The position numbers were made by a program, and so were the translations under genes. From positions 45,294 to 109,293 of the forward strand of contig CAISZI010000050.1 in assembly GCA_903889905.1 (NCBI GenBank): a DNA stretch of 64,000 nt. Reading direction: 5' to 3'. The stretch comes from Candidatus Wirthbacteria bacterium. GTDB lineage: Bacteria > Patescibacteriota > CG2-30-54-11. Below are positions 47,557 through 56,057 of this stretch, piece after piece. Below the pieces are notes generated by a model, which made no database searches, was not told the origin of the DNA, and worked only from the letters and a program-made list of their open reading frames with translations. Position 1 is the first letter of the stretch; every line of letters starts with the position of its first letter.

Positions 47557-47583
47557 ATTCATTTTGCATTTATTCTTTGTATA

Positions 47584-48168
47584 TTAATCCACCCAATCCA
47601 TTGGAGATTTAAAATGAAGCGCATAAGCCTTCAATTCAGCCGCACTAACATCAGCCGGATGATATTCTGGACCGTTGGCTCCCTGTACTTCCCACATAGC
47701 CCCACCGCCATTTTGAAAATTGATTAGAAATTTAGTTCCTTCAGGAAATTTCGTATATTCCAGTTGCAACCTTTGTAGAACTCCTTCAGCTACTTCAGCT
47801 GTCTGGCGTGGTTTAGTGTCAAATTCAGATCCGTCAGCCCAATGCTCTGGGGTTAACACAGAAGTCAATCCTGTTTCTGATTGACTTGTGCCATGTTTAA
47901 ATGTTCCCTCATCTGCTAATTGTGAACCCAACGTTTGCCCAGCATCTGCTGCATCCTCATACTGTTCTATTTGACTGCGGGTAAAAACTGTCAAATGCGC
48001 AGCAAACTCTGCCTGTTCTTGTTCGCCGGAGATGACAGGTCTACGTACTTCGCTATAGCTTTTCCACGGGTCAGTTCCTGCTGGAACATCTAACGGCATC
48101 TCTTTTAGAACATCTCCAAAACCCTGTGCATTACCCATTGATAATTCCTCAATAAATAAACTAATCAT
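47584..48168 (-). CDS. Hypothetical soluble protein
   Basis: 194-aa ORF, no family recognised. Confidence 0.45.
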   Translation of the reverse strand: MISLFIEELSMGNAQGFGDVLKEMPLDVPAGTDPWKSYSEVRRPVISGEQEQAEFAAHLTVFTRSQIEQYEDAADAGQTLGSQLADEGTFKHGTSQSETGLTSVLTPEHWADGSEFDTKPRQTAEVAEGVLQRLQLEYTKFPEGTKFLINFQNGGGAMWEVQGANGPEYHPADVSAAELKAYALHFKSPMDWVD

Positions 48169-48243
48169 TTAATTGTACCACAAAAACACAAATCCCGCCT
48201 TATTTGCCGGCGGGATTCGTTGCTATCAAGCCACAAAATCATT

Positions 48244-49008
48244 TTACAACGGACACGGCACATCAATAAACTCAACCCCAACCCCAAACTCCCTCACCAC
48301 CAACTCTCCCAGTGCCTTGATCCCCAATGTCTCGGTATTGTAATGCCCGGCATAGATCACATGGATACCTGCTTCCTTGGCTAGATGAAAATTGGATTCC
48401 TTGGACTCGCCTGTGACAAAAGCATCCAATTTCAATTTCACCGCATCCCTCAAATGACCCGCCCCGCCACCCGAGACAAACCCCACGCGTTTGACCTTGG
48501 CTGGCCCAAACGGCAATACCAGCGCTTCGGTTTCGAGTTTATCCGTCAGCCGCTCCGCCAGCTGTTCTATCGCAAGTCCCCGATGCTCTCCAATGGCACC
48601 AACCGAATTACCTTCATACACGGCAAATGGTTGCGGTGACAATTTGAGCCCAGTCAACTTGACCAGAAGCGCATTGTTCCCAATCTCACGGTGTGCATCC
48701 AGCGGCAAATGATACCCTGCCAGAGTTATGTCGTGCTTAAATAGCACTTTGAGCCGATCCTTGCGCATGCGTCCAATTATCTGGCTGCCGTCCTGCCAGA
48801 ATTCGCCATGGTGGACCAGAATCATGTCTGCTTTGGCTTTGGCAGCCTTTTCAAAGAGTTCCAGTGAAGCACTCACGCCAGTCACGATTTTCTTGACCTC
48901 GTCCTTGCCGATGACCTGCAACCCCTTAGGACAAAAATCCTGGAAGGAATCGATATGGAGGTAGTCGTTACAAAAACGCAGAATGTCGTCGCGAGTGGCC
49001 ATCAGCAA
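48244..49008 (-). CDS. Nif3-family dinuclear-metal protein (YqfO/GTP cyclohydrolase 1 type 2 family)
   Basis: 'ADMILVHHG', 'HLPLDAH', 'IYAGHYNTE' match Nif3 metal-ligand blocks. Confidence 0.7.
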   Translation of the reverse strand: MLMATRDDILRFCNDYLHIDSFQDFCPKGLQVIGKDEVKKIVTGVSASLELFEKAAKAKADMILVHHGEFWQDGSQIIGRMRKDRLKVLFKHDITLAGYHLPLDAHREIGNNALLVKLTGLKLSPQPFAVYEGNSVGAIGEHRGLAIEQLAERLTDKLETEALVLPFGPAKVKRVGFVSGGGAGHLRDAVKLKLDAFVTGESKESNFHLAKEAGIHVIYAGHYNTETLGIKALGELVVREFGVGVEFIDVPCPL

Positions 49009-49017
49009 AACCTCATA

Positions 49018-49560
49018 TTAAATGAAATACTCATCATTCTCCCAAGCCAATGGATTATTGGCAATATATTCTTGGATCTGTTCCAGATCTCGGTCATCGC
49101 GAATGACATGTTCAAAGTAGTTGCGTTGCCAGACATCCAAAGTGGCATCATTGGCAAGACGGCGGATTTGGTTGGTTACGGCAGACTTGAATCCACGAAC
49201 AATTGCTCCCAGGTTTTGCGATGGCGATTGCAACCCATGACCCGTAGGGGCGTATTGCAATACGCCCTCACCACCGCCGTCGGTCAACACCACAATTCCA
49301 TGAAAATGGTTTCGCATAATTTGATAAATATCCATTGCCACATTTTGTCTCAATTTCTCCGTTTTCAACCATTCTTGTTCAACAATCTTGCCCCAGGGCG
49401 TCAAATCTATCTTGTCGCCGAGCTTTTTCCCAAATAGTTGTTTCCTGCATTTGGTACAAATCGTCACGAAATACGCGCCGCCCTGGGAATAATCAAATCC
49501 GGTAATACGGATCGAACGACGATGTTTTAATTGTTCGTTGATCATGGTTAATCTCGTCAA
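49018..49560 (-). CDS. REP-associated tyrosine transposase (RAYT; IS200/IS605 Y1 HUH-type TnpA-like)
   Basis: HuH motif 'NHFHGIV' and catalytic Tyr block 'WQRNYFEHVIRDDRDLEQIQEYIANNP' are Y1_Tnp/COG1943 signatures. No TnpB or terminal hairpins flank the gene. Confidence 0.75.
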   Translation of the reverse strand: MTRLTMINEQLKHRRSIRITGFDYSQGGAYFVTICTKCRKQLFGKKLGDKIDLTPWGKIVEQEWLKTEKLRQNVAMDIYQIMRNHFHGIVVLTDGGGEGVLQYAPTGHGLQSPSQNLGAIVRGFKSAVTNQIRRLANDATLDVWQRNYFEHVIRDDRDLEQIQEYIANNPLAWENDEYFI

Positions 49561-49583
49561 AGATGGGCGTAAGCATTACGCCC

Positions 49584-50129
49584 CTACTCTTTATTCACCC
49601 AATCCTTTAATTTTCGCAATGCCAAGGCCCGATGTGAAATCTTGTTTTTTTCCTCGGTTGTCATCTCCCCGAACGTCCGCGTCTCACCCATCGGCACAAA
49701 CACCACGTCAAAACCAAAACCACTTTCTCCACGCGCTTCATCGGCAATCGTGCCCGCAAGCCGTCCCTCAAAAAGAAGATGTTCGTGGCCATCATAGAGG
49801 TCAAGCAAGGCAATCGCTTCTACATATCGATCTTTGGTCTGACGCATGAGTTGCGCTATGCCGGCAGGCGTAATGGTTTGGTTGACCCATTTGATCAGTG
49901 GCCCGGGAAAACCGTTCCAGGCACGCACCTCAAATGACACATCTTCCACCACCACGGGTGCCTGCACAAATTGGAAAGCAGTTTCGGCTTTGGCCTTGAC
50001 TACCGCACGTACATCCATGGATTGAATTTCCGGAATGTCCAAATCCACCCGTTCTATCTCGTGCCCGACAATCGCCTGCATTTCGGCCAGTTTGTGATCA
50101 TTGGAGGTGACGTAGACAAGTTTGGGCAT
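49584..50129 (-). CDS. rdgB: Non-canonical purine NTP pyrophosphatase (RdgB/Ham1/ITPase)
   Basis: 'VYVTSNDHK', 'EDVSFEVRAWNGFPG', 'GFGFDVVFVP', 'ISHRALAL' family blocks. Confidence 0.8.
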   Translation of the reverse strand: MPKLVYVTSNDHKLAEMQAIVGHEIERVDLDIPEIQSMDVRAVVKAKAETAFQFVQAPVVVEDVSFEVRAWNGFPGPLIKWVNQTITPAGIAQLMRQTKDRYVEAIALLDLYDGHEHLLFEGRLAGTIADEARGESGFGFDVVFVPMGETRTFGEMTTEEKNKISHRALALRKLKDWVNKE

Positions 50130-50314
50130 GAATTAAATCCTAAATTCTAATATCAAATCACCAAACACTGACAAAAATCTTTCCTTTTCACTTCTTTCCT
50201 TCCTCTCGCCCTAGGGGAGAGAGCCAGAGAGAGGGGAATTCCCTTTCCTAAATCCTCCCCCATCGGGGAAGGAGAAGATATTTCTCCGTCTTTCTTTAGG
50301 ACCCCGTTTGGATG

Positions 50315-50773
50315 TCAATTATTAGTATTTAGTGCTTGTTTCTTAACTCCCACCCGCCAGCTAAGCCACCACTGAAACCACATCCAGGTACAGACAATGC
50401 CCATAAAAAAACAATAAAAAATCATGCTCCGGTCAAAGTAAAAAATCACCAACGTGATGATCAGCAATATCGCAAACCGTTTGGGAAAATGAAAAATACT
50501 ATCTAATCTGGTTTGCCGCTGATACGTTTCAAACTGTTCCACCAACTCGAGCTGGATCGCTTTGGGGCGTTCATGGCTGGGCTTCTCAATGGCCAGTTCA
50601 ATAAAGGGTTCGCCCTGTTCAGAAACCCAGAACAAGACCACCCGCAGCGATCCCGCTGCCACACCCACAAGTAGCGCCCAGTACTGTTTGAAATACCAGG
50701 TGGCGCCAACTGTGATCAACGTAAACAGGAGTGCGACCATAAATTTGCGCCAGCTTGCAAACAAGTCTTCCAT
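50315..50773 (-). CDS. Hypothetical membrane protein
   Basis: Four hydrophobic segments; start at MEDLF; no family recognised. Confidence 0.4.
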   Translation of the reverse strand: MEDLFASWRKFMVALLFTLITVGATWYFKQYWALLVGVAAGSLRVVLFWVSEQGEPFIELAIEKPSHERPKAIQLELVEQFETYQRQTRLDSIFHFPKRFAILLIITLVIFYFDRSMIFYCFFMGIVCTWMWFQWWLSWRVGVKKQALNTNN

Positions 50774-50774
50774 G

Positions 50775-52226
50775 TTATCCCTCGGTAATAGCAGATGAAT
50801 TGGGCCGGGGAGCAAGCCGGGAAGAGGCTATGCCCAAGCCAAACACAAACCAGATATGCATAATATAAAGCGTGGAAAACGTTACATACTGTACCCAAAA
50901 ACCCACCATGGTGGCAATCAGCCCCATAAGCAAAATACGATCCTCAAGCAATACGCTGCGACCGAACGCCGCCAGCGCCTGCACAAACCAGACGAGCACG
51001 GCCAGGAGCAGGGCGAGCGTGCCGATCAGTCCCACTTCGTCCAGCAGCTCCAGATATTCATCGTTCACAATATTCCAACCACCGGTTGGAGCTCCTCGGT
51101 AAACGCCACTAATGTACGCGCCATAATTGCCCGGACCAAACCCCAGCAGCGGCGACACTTTAAATGCATCATACGCCGTACGATACTGTTCCAGCCGTTC
51201 ATAATCCCCGGTGGAGGCGATCAAGGTCGTGGCGCGCTGCGCCAGATAATCCACACTGAGTTTGGAGGACACTTTTCCCGAAATCGCCATCACCAGCCCA
51301 AAGCATAATGCCAGCGCCAGGACCAGCATGACAACCCGTTTGCTGAACAAATCACGGTAAGCGAGCAGCAATACAACCAACAATGCTGCGGCCAATGCAA
51401 TGTACCCGCCGCGCGACAAAGTCAAAATAAAGGCCAACCCAGTCGTCACCAACACACCAAGCAAAAACCACAAAGGAAAAGGAAGTCGAAGTTTGGCTGT
51501 CTTCCACTTGCCGCGCGCCTGCACTACAATTAAGGCCGCCACAAGCGGAATAGCCGAAAGCAGATAATTGGCCAGATACAAAGGTTCCAAGGAAAACGCC
51601 TGCACACGGGTCATGCCCAGCACGGCTTTGTTATACCAGCCCCAGCGAATCAGCGTAAGCGCGGGCGACAAGCCAATTTCGTCGCCCACAAACTGAAACA
51701 GTCCAAACAGGCTGGTAATAAACGCCGCCCCGATCATCACTTTGACGACAAGCCAAAGTCGATGTCTAGTGTCTACCAAATCCGCCACCAGCAGTGAAGT
51801 GAACAAAGTAAAAGCAGTAAATATCCAAACATTAATACCGCGCATAACATTGATAGCGTTCAGAATCGAGAGCAGTGCAAATAATAAAAAAACGAACAAT
51901 GGCCAAAAGGTTGGATTGAAGTGAAACTGCAATTTACTGCGACGCGTTTTGTGCCACAGCCAGCTCAGCATGGTGAGCAAGGCAATCACCTGGCTGATGC
52001 GGAAATTCGAGCCACCTACCGCCACCCCGCCAATACGTTCAAATGGCAAAAAAAAAGCAATGCCGAGCACTCCGGCAAACGGGTTGTTCACGATTTGGAC
52101 AATACCCCAAATCGCCATCACTGCCGCCACCAATCCAGCCAGCACCAGTGGTGCAACCAGAATCAGAATGGCAGCAATACCGGCCAGAAGCCCAAGTCCA
52201 ACGTAGATAAGTCGTCGTTTGTTCAA
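50775..52226 (-). CDS. O-antigen ligase/polymerase-like polytopic membrane protein (Wzy/RfaL superfamily)
   Basis: >10 TM with a large extracytoplasmic loop in the C-terminal third, as in Wzy_C proteins; weak assignment. Confidence 0.4.
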   Translation of the reverse strand: MNKRRLIYVGLGLLAGIAAILILVAPLVLAGLVAAVMAIWGIVQIVNNPFAGVLGIAFFLPFERIGGVAVGGSNFRISQVIALLTMLSWLWHKTRRSKLQFHFNPTFWPLFVFLLFALLSILNAINVMRGINVWIFTAFTLFTSLLVADLVDTRHRLWLVVKVMIGAAFITSLFGLFQFVGDEIGLSPALTLIRWGWYNKAVLGMTRVQAFSLEPLYLANYLLSAIPLVAALIVVQARGKWKTAKLRLPFPLWFLLGVLVTTGLAFILTLSRGGYIALAAALLVVLLLAYRDLFSKRVVMLVLALALCFGLVMAISGKVSSKLSVDYLAQRATTLIASTGDYERLEQYRTAYDAFKVSPLLGFGPGNYGAYISGVYRGAPTGGWNIVNDEYLELLDEVGLIGTLALLLAVLVWFVQALAAFGRSVLLEDRILLMGLIATMVGFWVQYVTFSTLYIMHIWFVFGLGIASSRLAPRPNSSAITEG

Positions 52227-52355
52227 TAATCATTCCCTATGTTCAAAACAGCGCTATTGTCTCAAGCGGGGTGAAGAAATGTAAAGGGCCACAAATTACC
52301 CCCGCCTGTATCCTCCCCCGTGAAACACAGGGGCGGAGAAGACTAAAGATCCCAT

Positions 52356-52383
52356 CCCTCCCCCTGCCTTAGCGGGGGGAGGG
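52356..52383. repeat. G-run/C-run palindromic hairpin (CCCTCCCCC-n10-GGGGGAGGG), member of a recurring intergenic family
   Basis: Seen directly. Similar C-run/G-run palindromes occur at 42195-42220, 50200-50290, 52290-52330, 52480-52497 and 60598-60625. Confidence 0.5.
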
Positions 52384-52416
52384 TAGGTAGGGGGTATTTC
52401 CTTATATTCCTTATTG

Positions 52417-52463
52417 CTGTCAATGAGAGATTGCCGCGGTCGATGACTTCCTCGCAATGACAG
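52417..52463. repeat. REPIN-like element (GTCAATGAGAG ... CCTCGCAATGAC) of the same family as 5809..5889
   Basis: Inverted REP motifs with the shared interior AGATTGCCGCGGTCG. Confidence 0.55.
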
Positions 52464-52522
52464 AGTCTCCTACCCCCTTGCAAAGGGGGCGCAGGGGGAT
52501 TTTTCACTGCTTTGTAACTTTA

Positions 52523-54772
52523 TCAACTTCCCTCTTTTTTCACTTCTTCTGTTTTCGTCTCTTCTGTCCCGGTCGCTGCTTCCGGCCGGGTCCAGGTCGC
52601 GTATTTGCAAGTCGGGTAACTACCACAGCCGTAAAAAATCTTGCCACGTTTGGTGCGTTTGGTGACAATGTCGGCGCCGCAATCCGGGCATTTGGCGCCG
52701 GTGGGTTTGGGGACAAAAAGGTTCTGGATATTTTTGCATTCAGGATATTTTTCGCAGCCCCAGAACTGGCCAAAGCGGCCACGTTTGAGCACCATTTTGC
52801 CACCGCATTTTTCGCAAGGTTCGTCGCGCACACTTTTTTGCGCGGAAGTGGATTCCTCGCCCGTGGTGGCGTCTTTGGATTTGATCTCACTTTCCATCGG
52901 CTTGGTGTTACGGCAGTCGGGATAACCACTGCAGGCCAGGAATTTACCAAAGCGTCCCAATCGAATGATCATAGGTTTGCCGCATTTTTCGCAGACTTCA
53001 TCGGTCTTCTCATCTACCACGGAACGTTTCTGGACTTCTTCGGTTTTGGCAGTCAAATTACGATGGAACGGTTCATAGAATTCACGAATTACCGGCACCC
53101 ACTCGCGGCCGCCTTCGGCTATGTCGTCCAGGTTCTGTTCCATGCGGGCGGTAAAATCAATGTCCACCACATCGGGGAAATGCTCGACCAGTAGAGTCGT
53201 CACCACTTTGCCCACGTCTTCGGGTGCAAAGCGCTTGTTTTCCAGTTTGACATAACCGCGATCCTGAATTGTGCTCAAGGTCGGGGCGTAGGTAGAAGGG
53301 CGGCCAATGCCGTGTTCCTCGAGTGCCTTGACCAGCGTGGCTTCAGTAAACCGTGGTGGTGGCTGGGTAAAATGCTGCTCAGGTGTCAATTTGTCCAGAT
53401 CCACCGACTCGCCTTGTTCCAGATGTGGCAGACGTTTGTCTTCACCTTCTTTTTTCTCGGTTTCGTCGTCTTTGCCTTCTTCGTAGACAGCCAAAAAGCC
53501 AGGGAACTTGACCACGCTACCCGTGGCACGGAACATGGCCTGTTTCCACTGCGACTTTGTTAAAACGCCGACGATGTCCGCCGACGTCTGGTCCAGCACA
53601 GCCGGTGCCATCTGGCAGGCGATTGCACGTTTCCAGATCAATTCATACAGTCGGAACAAATCTTTTTCGAGCGCATCTTTGACACTTTCGGGAAGTCGCG
53701 TGATGTCGGTCGGGCGAATGGCTTCGTGTGCTTCCTGCGCTCCTTTGGCTTTGGTGTGATAGAGCTTGGGCGCAACCGGCACGTAGTCTTTGCCGTACTT
53801 TTCGCCGATCAAAGTGCGGATCGAGGTCACGGCTTCGGCAGCGAGGTTGAGTGAATCGGTACGCATATAGGTGATCAAACCGGTACGGCCCGAGCCCACG
53901 TCCACGCCTTCATAAAGTTGTTGAGCACAATACATGGTTTTCTTGGCCGAAAAGCCCAGTTTGCGGGCGGCTTCCTGCTGCAGAGTGGAAGTCGTAAACG
54001 GTGGTGTTGGGTTACGCTGGCGTTCTTTGCGTTCCACGGACGCAATCTGATAGATGGCAGTTTGCAGAGCAGTTTCGATGTCGTTGGCCTGGTCGCCAGT
54101 GATGATCTCAACTTTGACACCGTCCAGGGTATGCAGTTGTGCGCCAAAAATCTTGCCTTTGGATACGGTATTAGAGCAGACAAACTGCCCGTCGACAGAC
54201 CAGTATTCCTTGACCACAAAGGCGTCACGTTCGGCTTCGCGCTCGACGACTAAACGCACAGCCACCGATTGCACGCGACCAGCCGAAAGACCGGGCATAA
54301 CTTTTTTCCAAAGGAAAGGACTAAGTTCATATCCCACCAGCCGGTCCAGAATGCGGCGAGCCTGTTGCGCGTCCACTTTGGGCATGTCGATCAGGCGTGG
54401 CGAAGCCAATGCTTTCAAAATTGCGGTCTTGGTGACTTCATGAAAAACGACCCGTTTGGTGTCCGCTGGGGAAACGCCCACGGCCTGCGCCACGTGCCAG
54501 GCAATGGCTTCTCCCTCGCGGTCCTCGTCGGTCGCAAGAATCACCTCGGTACATTTATCGGCTTTAGCCTTGAGGTCTTTGACAGTCTTGGCCTTGTCGC
54601 GCGGGATCGTATAGGTGGGCTGGAAATCATGCTCGGTGTCCACACCCAGTTTGGATTTGGGCAGATCACGGATGTGGCCCATGGATGCGACAACGCTATA
54701 ATCCTTACCCAGAAATTTTTCGATCGTGCGCGCCTTGGCCGGAGATTCCACAATGACAAGTGACTTGGGCAT
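52523..54772 (-). CDS. topA: DNA topoisomerase I with C-terminal zinc-ribbon repeats
   Basis: TOPRIM 'LVIVESPAKARTIEKFLG', catalytic-Tyr region, four C-terminal CxxC...CxxC ribbons. Confidence 0.9.
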   Translation of the reverse strand: MPKSLVIVESPAKARTIEKFLGKDYSVVASMGHIRDLPKSKLGVDTEHDFQPTYTIPRDKAKTVKDLKAKADKCTEVILATDEDREGEAIAWHVAQAVGVSPADTKRVVFHEVTKTAILKALASPRLIDMPKVDAQQARRILDRLVGYELSPFLWKKVMPGLSAGRVQSVAVRLVVEREAERDAFVVKEYWSVDGQFVCSNTVSKGKIFGAQLHTLDGVKVEIITGDQANDIETALQTAIYQIASVERKERQRNPTPPFTTSTLQQEAARKLGFSAKKTMYCAQQLYEGVDVGSGRTGLITYMRTDSLNLAAEAVTSIRTLIGEKYGKDYVPVAPKLYHTKAKGAQEAHEAIRPTDITRLPESVKDALEKDLFRLYELIWKRAIACQMAPAVLDQTSADIVGVLTKSQWKQAMFRATGSVVKFPGFLAVYEEGKDDETEKKEGEDKRLPHLEQGESVDLDKLTPEQHFTQPPPRFTEATLVKALEEHGIGRPSTYAPTLSTIQDRGYVKLENKRFAPEDVGKVVTTLLVEHFPDVVDIDFTARMEQNLDDIAEGGREWVPVIREFYEPFHRNLTAKTEEVQKRSVVDEKTDEVCEKCGKPMIIRLGRFGKFLACSGYPDCRNTKPMESEIKSKDATTGEESTSAQKSVRDEPCEKCGGKMVLKRGRFGQFWGCEKYPECKNIQNLFVPKPTGAKCPDCGADIVTKRTKRGKIFYGCGSYPTCKYATWTRPEAATGTEETKTEEVKKEGS

Positions 54773-54912
54773 GACAAACCTCAATAGGTAAATTGCGTTT
54801 CTTAAAATAGACATGCGCCAATGGGAATGTCAAGCAACGCCCGCATCTCAAAATGACTTTTAAATAAGAATCATTTATAATTATTATTATTTTATTCAAC
54901 CAGAAAGCCTTT

Positions 54913-55614
54913 GTGAAAACAACTAAAACAGATACAGGCTATTCGTTTACAGTAAGTCGGTACAGGCTGGTTAATTACTACTGGCTTAGTTGCCTGATGG
55001 TGATTGCCATAAATTTATTTTTATTTTATTTAATCTCATCCCAAATCACTGCACACGCCCGCTTTGATTTGTTTGGTTGGCTGAATCACAGCTGCCTGCA
55101 CAACTGCTCAAATGACAATACTTATATTAATCCAGTTGTATGGATAGCCTTCCCTTTTTTTGCTCTCTTCGCCTTGTACCTGTGCCTCAATTTTGGGCGT
55201 ATTTTTATTAATCCTAAAAACTATCTCAGGATTGACGATGCTGGCATTTATTTCCGCAACCAGCACCCCATTGCCAGCCAGTTACTTCCCTGGAGTGCGA
55301 TCACTTCTCTGGTGCTGAATTTTCAATTTATCGCCATTCCATATACCAAGACTAAAACACAGCCCATTTTGGTCATCGGTTTTCATCAGGTTGCTTTAAT
55401 CAAAATGGACTCTACCTTAATCGTAAAACTGCTCGGTATTACCGGCAAACTCCGGCGCGAAAAGGAATTCATGATTCCCTTGCATATCTTAGGACTCAAG
55501 AACAACGATAACTACAAAAAATTCATTTTCTCAATCAATGAAGTTGCAACCAGGAATGGTCATGAACTAAAAATACCGTCGTCTATTATCGTAAATAAAA
55601 CATCTAGCCAATGA
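54913..55614 (+). CDS. Hypothetical membrane protein in AT-rich segment (GTG start)
   Basis: 233 aa, 3-4 TM; region 54800-56040 is markedly AT-richer than its surroundings. Confidence 0.4.
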   Translation: MKTTKTDTGYSFTVSRYRLVNYYWLSCLMVIAINLFLFYLISSQITAHARFDLFGWLNHSCLHNCSNDNTYINPVVWIAFPFFALFALYLCLNFGRIFINPKNYLRIDDAGIYFRNQHPIASQLLPWSAITSLVLNFQFIAIPYTKTKTQPILVIGFHQVALIKMDSTLIVKLLGITGKLRREKEFMIPLHILGLKNNDNYKKFIFSINEVATRNGHELKIPSSIIVNKTSSQ

Positions 55615-56057
55615 TACGTTTAGTCAGTTTTAAAATTTCTTCTGCCTAGATATTGTTGGCAAATAACAATGGCAGCGTCTCTTTGCCTGTTGCCAATGTG
55701 AAATGTAAAAAAACTCAAACCAGACGATATACAAGCAAATTGTTGCCTACCTCATTTTTTGAATATCGGCAAACTTAATTTTAAAGTTATCACTTGGAGA
55801 AATTAACTCCTTTGTCTGTTTGTCCAGAATAATTGCTTTGGAATGACGTGTATTCTATCGGCAGTTTGATTTCACGATTCTGTGGCATAAACAAGAAGAA
55901 AAAGACATATCAATCTCCCCTGTTATTTTTAAGCATCCCATTAAATAGTTAAATTCTATTATCAGCCCAAGCCATTCTCCCTTCTCACCGCTTCCCAATT
56001 TGTGCTACTATTACCACGCTTTGATCAAGCGTTTACTCATTATCTGTAGGAAAAACC

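Noticed and set aside
49018-49560. Complete IS200/IS605 insertion sequence
   Set aside because: No tnpB, no flanking subterminal hairpins and no target duplication. The gene is embedded between housekeeping genes with minimal gaps, so it was called a domesticated RAYT instead.
50130-50314. CRISPR array in GC-rich repetitive intergenic region
   Set aside because: The repeats are short inverted palindromes of varying sequence, not regularly spaced direct repeats with unique spacers. No cas genes are present.
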